64,000 nt of DNA from Octopus vulgaris (GCA_951406725.2 OX597815.1:35402001-35466000), one strand, 5' to 3'; positions 10,011-22,620 are shown, counted from the stretch's first letter. Notes: generated by a model not told the origin, from the sequence alone. Numbers and translations are program-made.

Positions 10011-12648
10011 CTAGAAAGAGTTAGCAAAATTCAGGTGCAGTTCCCGTTTCTTTACTTTATAAAAATAACATCATATACCAATACAAATTCATTAAAACGA
10101 GTTATAATCACACTTTACTGTACGAGGAATTGGTTCAGCTTGAAATATATAAGATAAGGTCCCAGCCAAATAACCTTCCGATTTGTTCCTCTTCTCAGAT
10201 GAAACCAGTTCATTCCCTCAGACCTTTAAGGTCACATCGTTATTCAGTTGTATTTCTCTCCAATAAAAATATGATGCTGTGTGCCTAAGTAAAGAATAAT
10301 AAGTATTTCCCAAGCAGATGTCTAAGAGAATGGAAAGGAAGACTGTAAATAACAGAATGTATTGTTTGTCTCTCAAGAGGCGTAATTGTTAATAAAAGTC
10401 AGATTCTTTCAAGGGAAATTTCCATTCAGAAATCAAATTACTATTTAATGAGAGTGCAAAATATATTTCTTGAATGAAGATATATTTGGAAATAAAATGA
10501 ATATTGAATTATACTACAAAAATTATGTTATGTGAATATTGTATGATGCCGTGAACATTTTGCAATATAGACATATAGAAACGCCCAACGAATTAATCAA
10601 TGGATTCAATATAAGATAGCTTAGAGTTATTGGGATTCATTTCATAAAATTTTAAATTCACCTAAAATTATTGTTATTATTAGAGGTTAAATTCCTTAGA
10701 ATAGAGTTGTTGATATAGTGTACAGCAAGTCATGTGTTCACATATATCTGGACTTTCACAGACATAGTAGTATTTAACTTTTTAAATAAATTAATGAAAA
10801 ATACAAAAACAAGTAGTTCCCATGACAATTGCATCTCTCCTAGATTGATGAGACCGTTATCCTGCCTGAGCATCAGTAGGCCAGTGCCTACAAGAAACAA
10901 ATACCAACGAAGAGAGAACTGGTGGGTAGAAGTGATTCGAAATTTCGCAACAAAGTGAACTTCACTAAAGACACCCAAGAACACAAAGGCGGTGTTATGT
11001 TGTTGCTTTAACTTCCAAGTCAACATGCAAAACAACCACGTAAAACTGCCCTCACTAAACTGAGAAAGTCATGAGGAGTCAAGTTGGTAGGTTTACAGAT
11101 GCATCGTTCGTGCTAGAGTAGAATGTCGTAGTATCGTGAGATGTCCACCTAGTGGTCATCATACTAAACTAGAAGAGAGTATTGTGTCCTTTAATTCGTT
11201 TTTAGTTCATTAGTTATTTTATGGTCCGGACAAGACACTAAACTACATCCAAATTTCGAAGAATATGAAGCTATCTCTTAATCAAAACCACTCTCAGTTT
11301 TCCTTTGGCTCGGGGTTGTACTAACTCACGAGGGATTCAGTTATAGGTGAATATCAGAAGCTGGTGTTGTAGTTAAAGTATACAAGATTCGGTGTGCGAC
11401 CGGCACTAGATTTGCGTCACAAATGCCCACCGCTTTGTACACATTCTCTGACGTCACGTGAACTAGTGCCTCTATCTATGTGTTAAATAGGTTTTTGTCT
11501 CTTGGGGATAAATTCAGAAGAACAGTTCTCTAGGAGAATGAAATAAAGATAAATCGGCGGTAACAAGAATCTACTATTGCATCTTTATCAAAAGAAATTA
11601 TAAATCTTCATACTTTGGCATGGAGGCTCGTGAACGCCGCCGTCTACAAGACAGGTATGACATACGGAGAGAGAGGAAGAGATATATATACAGACAGACA
11701 GAGACAGACAGACACAGACAGAAGAGAGGCAGCCATTACAGAAAGAATGGTACAGCTGTCACCGTATGCTTGAACCCTAGTTTTCTCATGGAATGGACTA
11801 TTGCATACCCATACTATTGATCACACAGCTCAGATCAAATAATAGGATGGGCAGAGACAGTTGGGAGATTCTGGTCTACTCCTATATATACGAATGGCTT
11901 CTTCAGATCCGCTTGAGAAGTTGAACTCAGCTTCACAGGGATAACGCACTATTTGTCATCTCTACACTAGTTCGCTGCCTTCAGCAGTGAGATATTCCAT
12001 CTTTATAATACCTTTTTACAACCACTTAAGCTTTAAGTGTCGTGTTTACAGACACACTGCAGTACAATGTAACAGGACATGAATTTCTTATCTTCCTGCT
12101 GACTATCTAGGATCTCTTCGACCCAGCAGTTCACACTTTCACACAGACAACAGTACTTGTATAACAGATAGCAGAGTTTATGTTATAGATAATAGTGTTT
12201 ATGCTGTATATAACAACACTGTAATTAAATACAACATGCTTGATATAACATCTATGTTAGAGATAATAAGGTTTATATTACAATTACTGCTTATTGATTC
12301 TCGACGATGTTGATAACTTATTTAACCTGATAAAGGATAAGCTTGGCTGTTATCTAACATTTATATATCTTGACATGTTTGTTTTGTTAAATCACGAATA
12401 ATTATTTACAGTGGTTCCAACTACAATTATTCTTTTATACTTTTGAGTCTTAGGACACATAAACTAGGTGATCCTGTTTCCATAGCGTATAAGTGGCCGA
12501 GACCACAACATTTCTCCTGGATCAGACATCGATCTGTTGCAAGATTCAAGGCCAGCAATTTAGAAGGGAGAGGACAAGTCGACTGCATTGACCCCAGCAC
12601 TTATATTTTCTAAAGCCTGGTGCTTATTCTATCGGTCTTTTTTGTCAA

Positions 12649-12696
<48 letters not shown>

Positions 12697-12718
12697 AGTT
12701 ATGGAAATGTAAACACAA

Positions 12719-12830
<112 letters not shown>

Positions 12831-12879
12831 GTATTCGTTTTGCAAGATTCTTGATGTGAACTCATGTATTGAAACAGAT

Positions 12880-13155
12880 ATTGTATTTGGAGATGGTCAT
12901 CCTGCCGATTTAGCCAATGAAAACACACGCACTATTTATTCGGTGTTCGCTTGCTTCAGCTTTATTTCATATTAAATATATTTCGACAAGAAAGAAGAAA
13001 GCGAAGGACCACTGATGAGATCACAGAAGTGTGACAAAAGAACTCTGGCCGAAATATAATTAATAGGAAATAAAGCTGAAGCAAGCGAACACCGAATAAA
13101 TAATACGTGTGTTTTCATTGGGTAAATTGACAACATGACCATCCCCAAATACAAT
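12880..13155. repeat. Long inverted repeat (~110-bp arms) from a Penelope-like pLTR
   Basis: 12880-12991 is the near reverse complement of 13044-13155; CTGATGA at 13012 and GAAATATA at 13051. Confidence 0.8.
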
Positions 13156-13552
13156 TATATATATTCATATATATTCTTAATTATATTAGAGGGTACACGA
13201 AATACCAGCTCGCTAGAGAGTGAAGTAAAAACCCCCAACATAACCACCAATCTTACTGAAAATATGTAACGGACCAACAGAAATCGGACAAATAAGTGGA
13301 ATTTGACATATAATCTCAGCTAAAAAGCCCTAGAATATGGTGACAGATATACCTGGATCAAGATTTCGAATTCAGTAAGATTAGTAGTACATTCTAATAT
13401 AATTAATAATTTATTATGTAGCTGTTTAATGCTAATATCGCTTGCTGCTACTAATGATATTGTTATTATCAACTATTTAGATTTGCCCCTGATAATAATC
13501 ATAATAATATCTGTGCAAGTATTTAATTTTAATATTTATTTATTCTTATATA

Positions 13553-13589
<37 letters not shown>

Positions 13590-13593
<4 letters not shown>

Positions 13594-13762
13594 GACAGGC
13601 TTCTTTCATCAGTTTCCTTCAACCAAATCCACTCTCAATGCTTTGGTCAGCTCGAGGCTATAACTAGAACACACTTGCCCAAGAGTAGGACTTCCACAGA
13701 GTAGGACTGAACCCAGCACCACGTGGTTGGGAAGCAAATTCTTACCACACAGCCACGCCTGC
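13590..13762 (-). mobile_element. CORE-like SINE 5' part
   Basis: CAAATCCACTCTCAATGCTTTGGTC...ACACTTGCCCAAG...CTTACCACACAGCCACGCCTGC. Confidence 0.7.
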
Positions 13763-14176
13763 TCTTTTTTGTTTTTTCTATATCTCTTATAAAGACTTCT
13801 CCTCCTCTAAATTTTCCACCTCAGTACTATCTCCAGTACTCTTACCTCTCCTCCTGGCCTTATCCCTATTCTATCTTATCACAACCAAATCCTTCACTAA
13901 ACGTTTTTCTCATTCCTGTCTTCGCATCTCGACATCAAATTAAGGAATTTCAAATAGAACATCACCAAAGTGATCTTTCATGCCGACCTTCAAAGATGTA
14001 GTAACATTAACCGAAACCGGATCGAAAATTTAGGTTCCTTGGGGCTTACCTTTACTCTTCGATCTTTTTCTGTTACATCATATTTACCAAGGATCATAAA
14101 AGTAAAAGGTTGTAAATTCTTTACAAAAGTTCTGCATCAGCATGCAACTGTGATCAAATACAAACCGAATTTGTAA

Positions 14177-14485
14177 AACGATGACGATGACGACGACGAC
14201 GACAACGACGATAGTGATAATGGTTACAGCAGTGGAAGCAGTGGTAGTGGTGGTAGTGATGGTAGTGATGGTGGTGGGAATGCTAGTATTTATGATGATG
14301 ACTAATACGATTGGCGACGGCTGTGGAGGTAGTGGTAGTGGCAGTGAAGGCGGTGGAGATGCTTGTAGTAATGAAGATGATGGTGATGATGATGACGACA
14401 ACAACTACTACAATTACGATGATGGCGACGGTTGTGGAGATAGTGGTAGGGATGATGGTAGTGATGATGATGATGATGATGATGA
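14177..14485. repeat. Degenerate trinucleotide tract (GAT/GAC/GGT/GTA)
   Basis: Low-complexity triplet repeats; source of spurious poly-D/T/V ORFs. Confidence 0.85.
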
Positions 14486-15337
14486 AAAATGTTTTCTGAA
14501 AGAGAAATTACAATGATATTGTTGCAAATATAGCTTTATTTTTATTATTATATTCATTTATTTCTTTTTCAGTGAAATCTTCCGTTGAAAATTTTCCTCT
14601 ATACATTGAAAAAGCAAATATATTCCAGGCACATACAGCCACGAGAAATTGTCAAGGGCGGTTCTACAAATTCTTTTGTCAGTACTTGGTTAACTATTTT
14701 GGAAACTAATCAAATACATTTGCATGGGTGAATTTCACTGCAACATAACAGCATTTAGATTCACGGTAGAAAGCTATCGAGAACGGTTTGGTGATAGAAA
14801 CGGTGAATTATATACTTTACTACAAGGTTACTGAATAGTTGATTCTAATAAATGTTAAGTAGAGGGAAAGATTTAGGAGATATGACGTTGGAACCCTATA
14901 ATCTTTGTTTAGGGAGTTGAATATCGATTGTCGATAAATGAAAGCGAACTACAGGTAGGAGAGCGAAGATTACATTTATAATGTAACAGATCGTTGGTCG
15001 TTGAGAACGATTTTTGCGTTAGGAGATGCTTCGGCTATTCTATTGCTTGGACCTGTAAAGAATGCATTTCTAAATAAACACTTATAAATAGTGTCGTGGC
15101 GATGTTTGTGAAAAATATAAATCAGATGTACGAGATTAATAAATGGAAAAGTAGTAAAAGTGCAAATGTGGGACATGGTTTAAGTTAGTGTTTCATCTGA
15201 GTAACAGCGCGGTGCAGTGGCTTGGCATAATCGTTAAAATCGTTGGAGAAAACGCTTCGCGTTATATATTCCCGCTCTTTGATTTCTGCGTTCAAATCCT
15301 GCAGAGATCAACTTTACCTTGTATCCTCGCCGGAGCA

Positions 15338-15642
15338 AAGGCACTTGGCTTAGTGGTTAGGACATTCGGCTCACGATCGTAATGTCGTGAGTTCGATTCC
15401 CGGCGACGCATTGTGTCCTTCGACAAGACACTTTATTTCACGTTGCTCCAGTACATTCGGCTGGCAAAAATGAATTGTATCTGTATCTCAAAAAGGTCAG
15501 CCTTGTCACTTTGATTCTCCTTGTGAATTACATTAAGAGTACGCGTGTCTGTGGAGTGCTCAGCCACTTACACGTTAATTTCACGAGCAAGCTGTTCTAT
15601 TGATTGGGTCAACTGGAACCATTGTCATTGACGGAGTGCCAG
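15338..15642 (+). mobile_element. tRNA-headed SINE (head B, tail shared with 32710-33079)
   Basis: TGGCTTAGTGGTTAGG A-box and GAGTTCGATTCCC B-box; tail GTGTCTGTGGAGTGCTCAGCCACTTACACGTTAATTTCACGAGCA. Confidence 0.75.
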
Positions 15643-15996
15643 GAGGGTCAATAAAATGAAGTACTGGTTCAGTACTGGCAATAAAATTAATCGACTAATT
15701 GCTGGCCTTATCTCTATATTACAAACAATCACCTGAATAACAGAGGCGCTGGGCGATGAGGCAGCAGTAGAGCGCCAGACAAAATGTATTGTGGTCCACA
15801 CCTAATTTCCTTCAGATTCTGAGATCAATTCTGCTAGTCTCAACTTTGAACTTTATCCTTCCAGAGCGGTATTGGGTTGATGCAAGAAACCAGTATTTAT
15901 AAAGTATGTAGCAAACTGTAGAACGAATGGTAAAAGCCCGTCGAAATGAGATTCCGACAGGGTTCCCATAACAACATATGTTTGTTTCAAGTAAAG

Positions 15997-16297
15997 AGCA
16001 ATGGCTCAGGGGTTAGGGCAGCGGACTCGCGGTCGGAGGATCGTGGTTTCGATTCCCAGACCGGGCGTTGTGTGTGTTTATTGAGCGAAAACTCCTAAAG
16101 CACCACGAAGCTCCTGCAGGGGGGGGCGACCCCTGTTGTACTCTTCCGCCCCAACTTTCTCTCACTCTTTCTTCCTGTTTCTTGAGTAACGCTGCGATGG
16201 ACTGGTGTCCCGTCCAACTGGGGGGAACATATACGCCACAGAAACCGGGAAACCGGGCCCATAAGCTTGGCTAGGCTTGGAAAGGGCGCATAAAAAA
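15997..16297 (+). mobile_element. tRNA-headed SINE (head shared with 32710-33079, V-domain-like 3' part)
   Basis: GCAATGGCTCAGGGGTTAGGGCAGCGGACTCGCGGTC...GGTTTCGATTCCCAG; 3' part CTGCGATGGACTGGTGTCCCGTCCA; A-rich end. Confidence 0.75.
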
Positions 16298-16323
16298 AGA
16301 GCAATCATTATAAATTTAGTACG

Positions 16324-16540
16324 AAGGCGGCGAGCTGGCAGAACCGTTAGCACGGCCAGCAAGATGCTTAGTGACATTGTGTCCGTCTTTACGTTCTGAG
16401 TTCAAATTCTGCAGACAACGATTTTGCCTTTCGAATCTTGATAAAATAAGTACCAGTTGAGCACTGGGGTCGATATAATCGACTTACCCACTCGCTGAAA
16501 TTGCTGACTTTGTACCTGCCAAAATTTGAAACCAATATTA
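16324..16540 (+). mobile_element. Nin/Deu-domain SINE
   Basis: AAGGCGGCGAGCTGGCAGAACCGTTAGC...GAGTTCAAATTC...AAGTACCAGTTGAGCACTGGGGTCGAT. Confidence 0.8.
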
Positions 16541-18790
16541 ACCTTATTCGTGACCATGAATGACTAAAACTAATTCTTCGTACGCCTAACCACTTACTTC
16601 ACCAGAAAGCAACAGGTGAAGGTTTCTTTCATTTACATCTTAATAAAGTATCTATCACCCATGAAAAATACATTTACAATTATTTTACAAAACTTTACAA
16701 TTATTTTTAATTACCGATGCAATCAAATATAGGGTTTTTTGTAGTCTGGGTTTTCACTAAATTCTTGTCAACGCTACTCCTGCTTGAAGTAATTTCAAGT
16801 TACTATAGCCATTTGAAAAGCTTTTACGTAGGCCTACCGTTCGGCCACCATCTAACGTGTATGCAAATTTTCTCTTTGCTTAATCCCGCTGGTTTATTTT
16901 TCTAAGACGTAAACACATAACCTCAACAACTAATTTAAACATTTAAGTTTTGAAATTTCACAGAGTTCTTTGTAGCTACCATCAGGTCACAGGTGCAGCA
17001 CACGCGGACTTCTTACAGTAATTCCAGAGCAAATTAGCTTCATGAAATCCCAGTCTTTCCAACACACACCCAATGAAGTGCTTGAACTCAGCTCAATGTA
17101 TTTTTTTAAAATCATCCATTAATAATGCATTTTAGTGTCAAGATATTTATTTTTATTAAAGTTCCTTATATTCTAGAATGACGATTAATTTATTAGTTTG
17201 CTTCGATGTGGAAAATTATAAGATGCTGTGCGAAGATTTGCATTCTATTTAGGAGCAATACATCTCTCTTCACTTAAGGCTACAGCTAAATGTTGGCTTC
17301 ATAAGCTTCTAAAAATAGATTATGGTTTCATCTCAGGGTAAAACTCTCCGATTTAAGAATGCGATATCAAAAGAGTGATCCGCAGATCAAACAGACGATC
17401 AAACAGACGATCAAAACTAAATTCGTTCGAATATAAAATTTATGTAAAATAATATATGAACTGAACTAAATATATGAACAGTAACTGATCGAAATTCGGA
17501 CAGTTCGCCAGATTTTGTAAAATATAAAAGCAACTGTGAGAGTCGGAGCTGGAAGTTCGATAGATTAAACTCAATCACCGGTCTGACCCCATTTTCTTGC
17601 TAATTTTAGCCAATCCAGTAAACAGGTTATTGTTGATGCTACTGCTGTTTAGCTTCAAATCAGTCTTTCATCAAGGTAACTCCAACCATGACCATCCCAT
17701 ATTTTCTTCAGTTATACTCTATCTAGGAGTGCGTTATCTAATGTGTTCTTACCTGTCTAAGAAAGTGATTGGGTATGATGTAAGGGAGATCTGGTTGCTT
17801 TTCTAGCTGGTGGATCAATCCTATAGATTCATTGCCACAAATAGTTCCTTCATTGATTTGTCAATTCTTGTCAACGCTTAAGTGTACGTAGATATAGATT
17901 CAGTTAATGTAATATCTATTAATTATAATATACCTGAAGCACTGGATTTGGATCAGGGAATAAGAATTATGTGAAAACCACTAAGAACTCAAGAACGAGG
18001 AAGAAGATCGGTGCTGTACCAATAATATTAGAAAGAAGTTCTGTAGCACAGCACAAAACATAGGAACGAGCTAATTCTACACCAAAACATATTTCTAGCC
18101 TTGCACTTGGCATCGTCAGCCCAGCAGAAAACATATGAGTTTGACAACTGAATGGTCGATATTTCAACCTAATTAGGTCTCATTCAACTTTGGTGTTTTT
18201 ATAATAATTCATGTTCCCTTAGTCCAACTGAATAATTTTGAATGGCAAATATATTCTAAACACAATCAATGATGAGATTTCGAGATTTGCTCTCTTCAAA
18301 ATATAATATTTTGTATTCAATTGATCAGTTAGTTTGGAAAATAATCAAATATATTTGATATCGTGAATTTCGCAACAAAATAACATTTCGATTCACCTCA
18401 AAATTTTATTCTATTTTATCTTATTTCTGGGCTAGAAATTTCTTCTCGTATAATTTTATATGTTAGAATCTCCAGGAATACATTCACGCAGCTTACATAA
18501 AACATTTAAGTGCACGAGTCATGTTGCAGAGCCAAGATGCAGAACTAATTGCTGTTTAGTCCAAGGACAGCCCTGGTTAAGCAGACCTATGATCAAAGGC
18601 TTTCCAGTTGCAATTGTGCCGTCTTTTTGTGTATACAGAATTACATTATCCAATGTATTATTCCTCTATTAAACAGAATGGTTTAATTTTAGAGGGATTT
18701 GGCAACTCTTTCTAGCAGATCAAATGAGCATATATTGATTTCATTGTTATTGTTCCAGCTTTGTTGATTTAAAATGTTCCGACTGTGTCC

Positions 18791-19030
18791 ATAGGCTTCG
18801 TGATATAAATAGCACTGGATTGAGAAAATGTGCTTTTGCTAGAAATAGCAGATAAATCTCCCCCAAACCATACTATGCTGTCTTAAAATCGGAAGAATGC
18901 ACTAGATAATATAATCTAGTGTGTTCTTCCGATTTTTAGACAGCATACTATGGTTTGAGGAAGATTTAGCTGCTATTTCTAGCAGAAGCACATTTTCTCA
19001 ATCCAGGGCTATTTATATCACGAAACCTAT
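18791..19030. repeat. 240-bp near-perfect palindrome (117-bp arms, 6-nt loop)
   Basis: ATAGGCTTCGTGATATAAATAGC...ACTAGAT-AATATA-ATCTAGT...GCTATTTATATCACGAAACCTAT; no indels, about 10 substitutions counted by eye. Confidence 0.95.
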
Positions 19031-21122
19031 CTAAAGTTGTCACTGTTCACCCAAGATCATTCTCACCTTCTGTATTGCCCACATCCCAATTAACCATTTT
19101 GATTGATTAAAATTTAAAGGTTATCTCCCTTACTTTTCTTAACCAAAATTGACCATTAAGTTAAAGATATCTTTCTCCTAACGTCAGATGTTTTTTGATT
19201 TAAATATTTTTGCTCACTGCATTATATTAGTACCAACAAAGCTCATAATCTTGAGTACAGTCCGGGCCATAATGCTACCTTACGTCACTGAAAATATTTT
19301 ACACAGTTTCCAGTAAACAAAAGAAATAATTTAAAACTCTAACTGACATCCATAAACAAGAGTAAAACATGTTTCCAAAACATAGCCGCAGTAATCAATT
19401 TGACCTTTTAGTTCATAACATTGATAACAAACACTGTTAATATACTTCTCATATGGATGTGTATTTTTTACCGGGTCGAGTTAAATACGATGCTAGAATG
19501 ATAAATAACATTATCAGATATAGAACAGATTGCATTCAGTAAAAATATTATATTTAGATTGTTCAAAACATTTTTCCTCTCTCATAAATATGACGTGTAT
19601 TTGCATCAAGATTAAAATACAGAAAAAAAGATCGCTGAGGGCGAACGGTATTAATAGGAACACTTCCCGATCTGACACCTGTCATAAATGCTCTGAAATC
19701 AAAACTATGTTTTTCAAATAATCATTATGACAACAGGAGGACAGTTTCTTTTTTTAATAGGAATTATTACGCTAGCATCACATTGACATTTCCAAAACTA
19801 AAATCGTTATATCAATCGCCAGACGCCTACCATTTTTATAGAAATTGCTCAAAAAATAAATTAGTTCTATTATTGTTGTAAAAATCAGCGGAGGGTAAAA
19901 TCGATGGAGCAGTGGGAATAATGACTAGCAGTATTTTGTTGCATTCTTAGTTCACATTCTGTAAGGTCCTCTTTGCCTCTTGTCGTTTTGATGTCAACAG
20001 AACAAGTACGAGACAGGGGCTGGGATTGATCTCATTGATTTCTAACCCCATGCATGTACTTTAGTTAGAATCGTTATTGACATTGTAACAAAGTGGAAGT
20101 GTGACAGGATCGGCGGGACATTTCAATAAATTCTTTGCGGTATTTATTGACAGCCTTTTTGTTTTGAGATCAAATCCTGCCGAGGTCTGCTTTACTCTTC
20201 ACCCTTGTTAGATCGATAAAATAAGTACCAATTAAGATCTAGAGGCTTGTTACACCTTTCCTAAAATTTTGTATTTTTGTGCCAATGTTAAGGCTCTTAA
20301 ATTGGAAGATAGTAGAGACGGTATATTGTTACACAAAATAGTATTTTGTCGCGTTCTTTTACGTTCCACATTCAAAATGACTTCGGTCATATTTGTTTTG
20401 TTTTTGTCACGAGTGTGAATTAGGACCAGTCAGAAACTAGGGCCTATCAAAGCAATTTTTCTCCACTCCGTAAAATCTATAGCCATGTGTATCAAATAGA
20501 AGCTATCTGCCAAGATCATCTTCTACTTTCATTTCTCGATGGGTCGGACGATAAACTAAGCTGCTTTCAAATACTGGGAGAGATGAATCAACTATTCTCT
20601 TCTCATAATTTCTTGATTTTTGCCTATTAGTGATGTTAATATTTTTATACTTTTTAAATATTTTCATTGACAGTTCCAGGCGAGTTTCCACAGCGTCTCT
20701 GTGTTCCCGAGGTATGTGCAGTATTTTATGTTTGGGGTGTAGACCCATGTCTATAACATCAGTTTCCACTTTGAGAATTCCACTTGTTTTTGGTGCAATT
20801 TATTGTTTACTCTGCTGTGTAAAGTATGTGCCGATGTGCTGTGTTATTGCTACGAGGTGAATGTTTCGCACGTGCTATGTGATCGGTGTTATATGTTTCA
20901 GCGTTAAACGGCAATTGTGTGTGGTGTGTAGTGTGTAGTTTCTGTGGTATCAACTCGTTGCAACTGTTTAGAATGCGAGTTGTTTGAACTGTTGGCTTGC
21001 TTTGTGTGTATCTGTCATTTTTAAGTGGTTATCTTATTTAGTAGGGTTGTGTGTTTGCGGGTTGTTAATTTATTGGTTGGTAACCCCACTTTCAAATATC
21101 TGGCCTTCAACTTAAATGAGAA

Positions 21123-21191
<69 letters not shown>

Positions 21192-21747
21192 GAGTGAGAG
21201 AGCAGTTCATGCCATCAAAGTGACACTGGGGTAAAATATACGAAGCCCAATATACCCATCATGACTACCCGTCTGATAAGGGTACACCAGGCACATGCAT
21301 CACAATCATATGTGCGCGACATGGTGATCTCATTTCAAGATAAACAGCACATGACCTTGCAGGTGGGGCCCAATTAGAATTTTCTTCAGGTTGAGTAGCC
21401 CATCCCGCTCAAAGGGTCCCTGAATAATGGTTGTTTAAGGATGTTGAAAGAACCACCCATGTTTCCAGAGGTGAATTATTCAAACCCCAATGAATCCCTC
21501 TCAACACATGGCTATGATACTCCCCCACTACTTCTGCTCGTGATCAGAGATGCACGTATCGTCAGCTACTAAGGGACATGCTCAACTGGTTAAGGTCAAA
21601 CAACTGACAAGCAAATCTGTGGTATTGAGCAGAATATTTGTTGTAGCCGATCTTTTATACCAAGACAAAACAATGTACATGATGACACTTCCAATCAGTT
21701 AAGATCAGAAGCCATGAGAGCCACTGCCTGGTACTGCATCAGGGCAT
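21192..21747 (-). mobile_element. Non-autonomous TAA-microsatellite-targeting retroelement, longer (probably full-length) copy
   Basis: Bounded by (TTA)n on both sides; the minus-strand 3' end ...GAACTGCTCTCTCACTC runs into (AAT)n; near-identical second copy at 21837-22163. Confidence 0.8.
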
Positions 21748-21784
21748 TGGTGCCGAAACCCGGGAATGAACCAGGGACCTTTAG

Positions 21785-21786
<2 letters not shown>
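21748..21786 (-). pseudogene. Retrocopied 3' half (positions 38-76, with CCA) of tRNA-Phe(GAA)
   Basis: Minus strand ATCTAAAGGTCCCTGGTTCATTCCCGGGTTTCGGCACCA matches the conserved metazoan tRNA-Phe 3' half except T at invariant A58; it includes the normally non-templated CCA. Confidence 0.9.
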
Positions 21787-21836
<50 letters not shown>

Positions 21837-22163
21837 GAGTGAGAGAGCAGTTCATGCCATCAAAGTAGTGACACTGGGGTAAAATATACGAAGCCCAATA
21901 TACCCATCATGACTACCCGTCTGATAAGGGTACACCAGGCACATGCATCACAACCATATGTGCGCGACATGGTAATCTCATATCAAGATAAACTGCACAT
22001 GACCTTGCAGGTGGGGCCCAGTTAGAATTTTCTTCAGGTTGAGTAGCCCATCCCGCTCAAAAGGTCCCTGAATAAGGGTTGTTTAAGGATGTTGAATGAA
22101 ACACCCATGTTTCCAGAGGTGAATTATTCAAACCCCAAAGAATCCCTCTCAACACATGGCTAT
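21837..22163 (-). mobile_element. 5'-truncated second copy of the TAA-targeting element
   Basis: Matches 21192-21515 apart from a 3-nt insertion (AAGTAGTGAC) and a few SNPs; flanked by (TTA)n. Confidence 0.85.
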
Positions 22164-22180
22164 TATTATTATTATCATGA

Positions 22181-22620
22181 AAGGCAGTGAGCAGGCAGAA
22201 TTATTAGTACGCTGGACAAAATGCTTAACGGCATTTCATCCGTCTTCATGTACTCGGTTCAAATTCCGCCTAGATTGATTTTTGCCTTTCATCCTTTTGA
22301 GTCGATAAAATAAGTACCAGTTGAGTACTGAGTCGATTAAATCGAGTAACCCACTCGCCCGAAATTACTGGCCTTGTGCTAAAATTTGGAACCATTATTA
22401 TTGCTATTATTTTGCTTGGAGTGGATTGTTAGAACATCGGAAAACTTGCTTTACGGAATTTCTTCCTGCTGTTTACATTCTGATTTCAAATCCCATTGAG
22501 GTTAACTTAGCCTTTCATCACTTTGGGATCGATAAATAAATACCAGTCAAGTACTGGAGTCGATGTAATCGATTAACTCCTCCCCCCAAAACTATTGGCC
22601 TTATACCAAAATTTGGAGCC
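22181..22620 (+). mobile_element. Two diverged Nin/Deu-domain SINE copies
   Basis: GCCTTTCATCCTTTTGAGTCGATAAAATAAGTACCAG and GCCTTTCATCACTTTGGGATCGATAAATAAATACCAG. Confidence 0.7.

Noticed and set aside
11560-12250. Possible solo LTR (TGTTA start on the minus strand, internal TATA)
   Set aside because: No clean CA end, TSD, PBS or second copy found.
15997-16070. tRNA gene-like sequence (also 33010-33079 and 15338-15405)
   Set aside because: A/B boxes are present but there is no complete cloverleaf, and they continue into SINE bodies.
20560-21110. Possible Penelope GIY-YIG remnant on the minus strand (TYLGNTE)
   Set aside because: Similarity too weak to call by eye.
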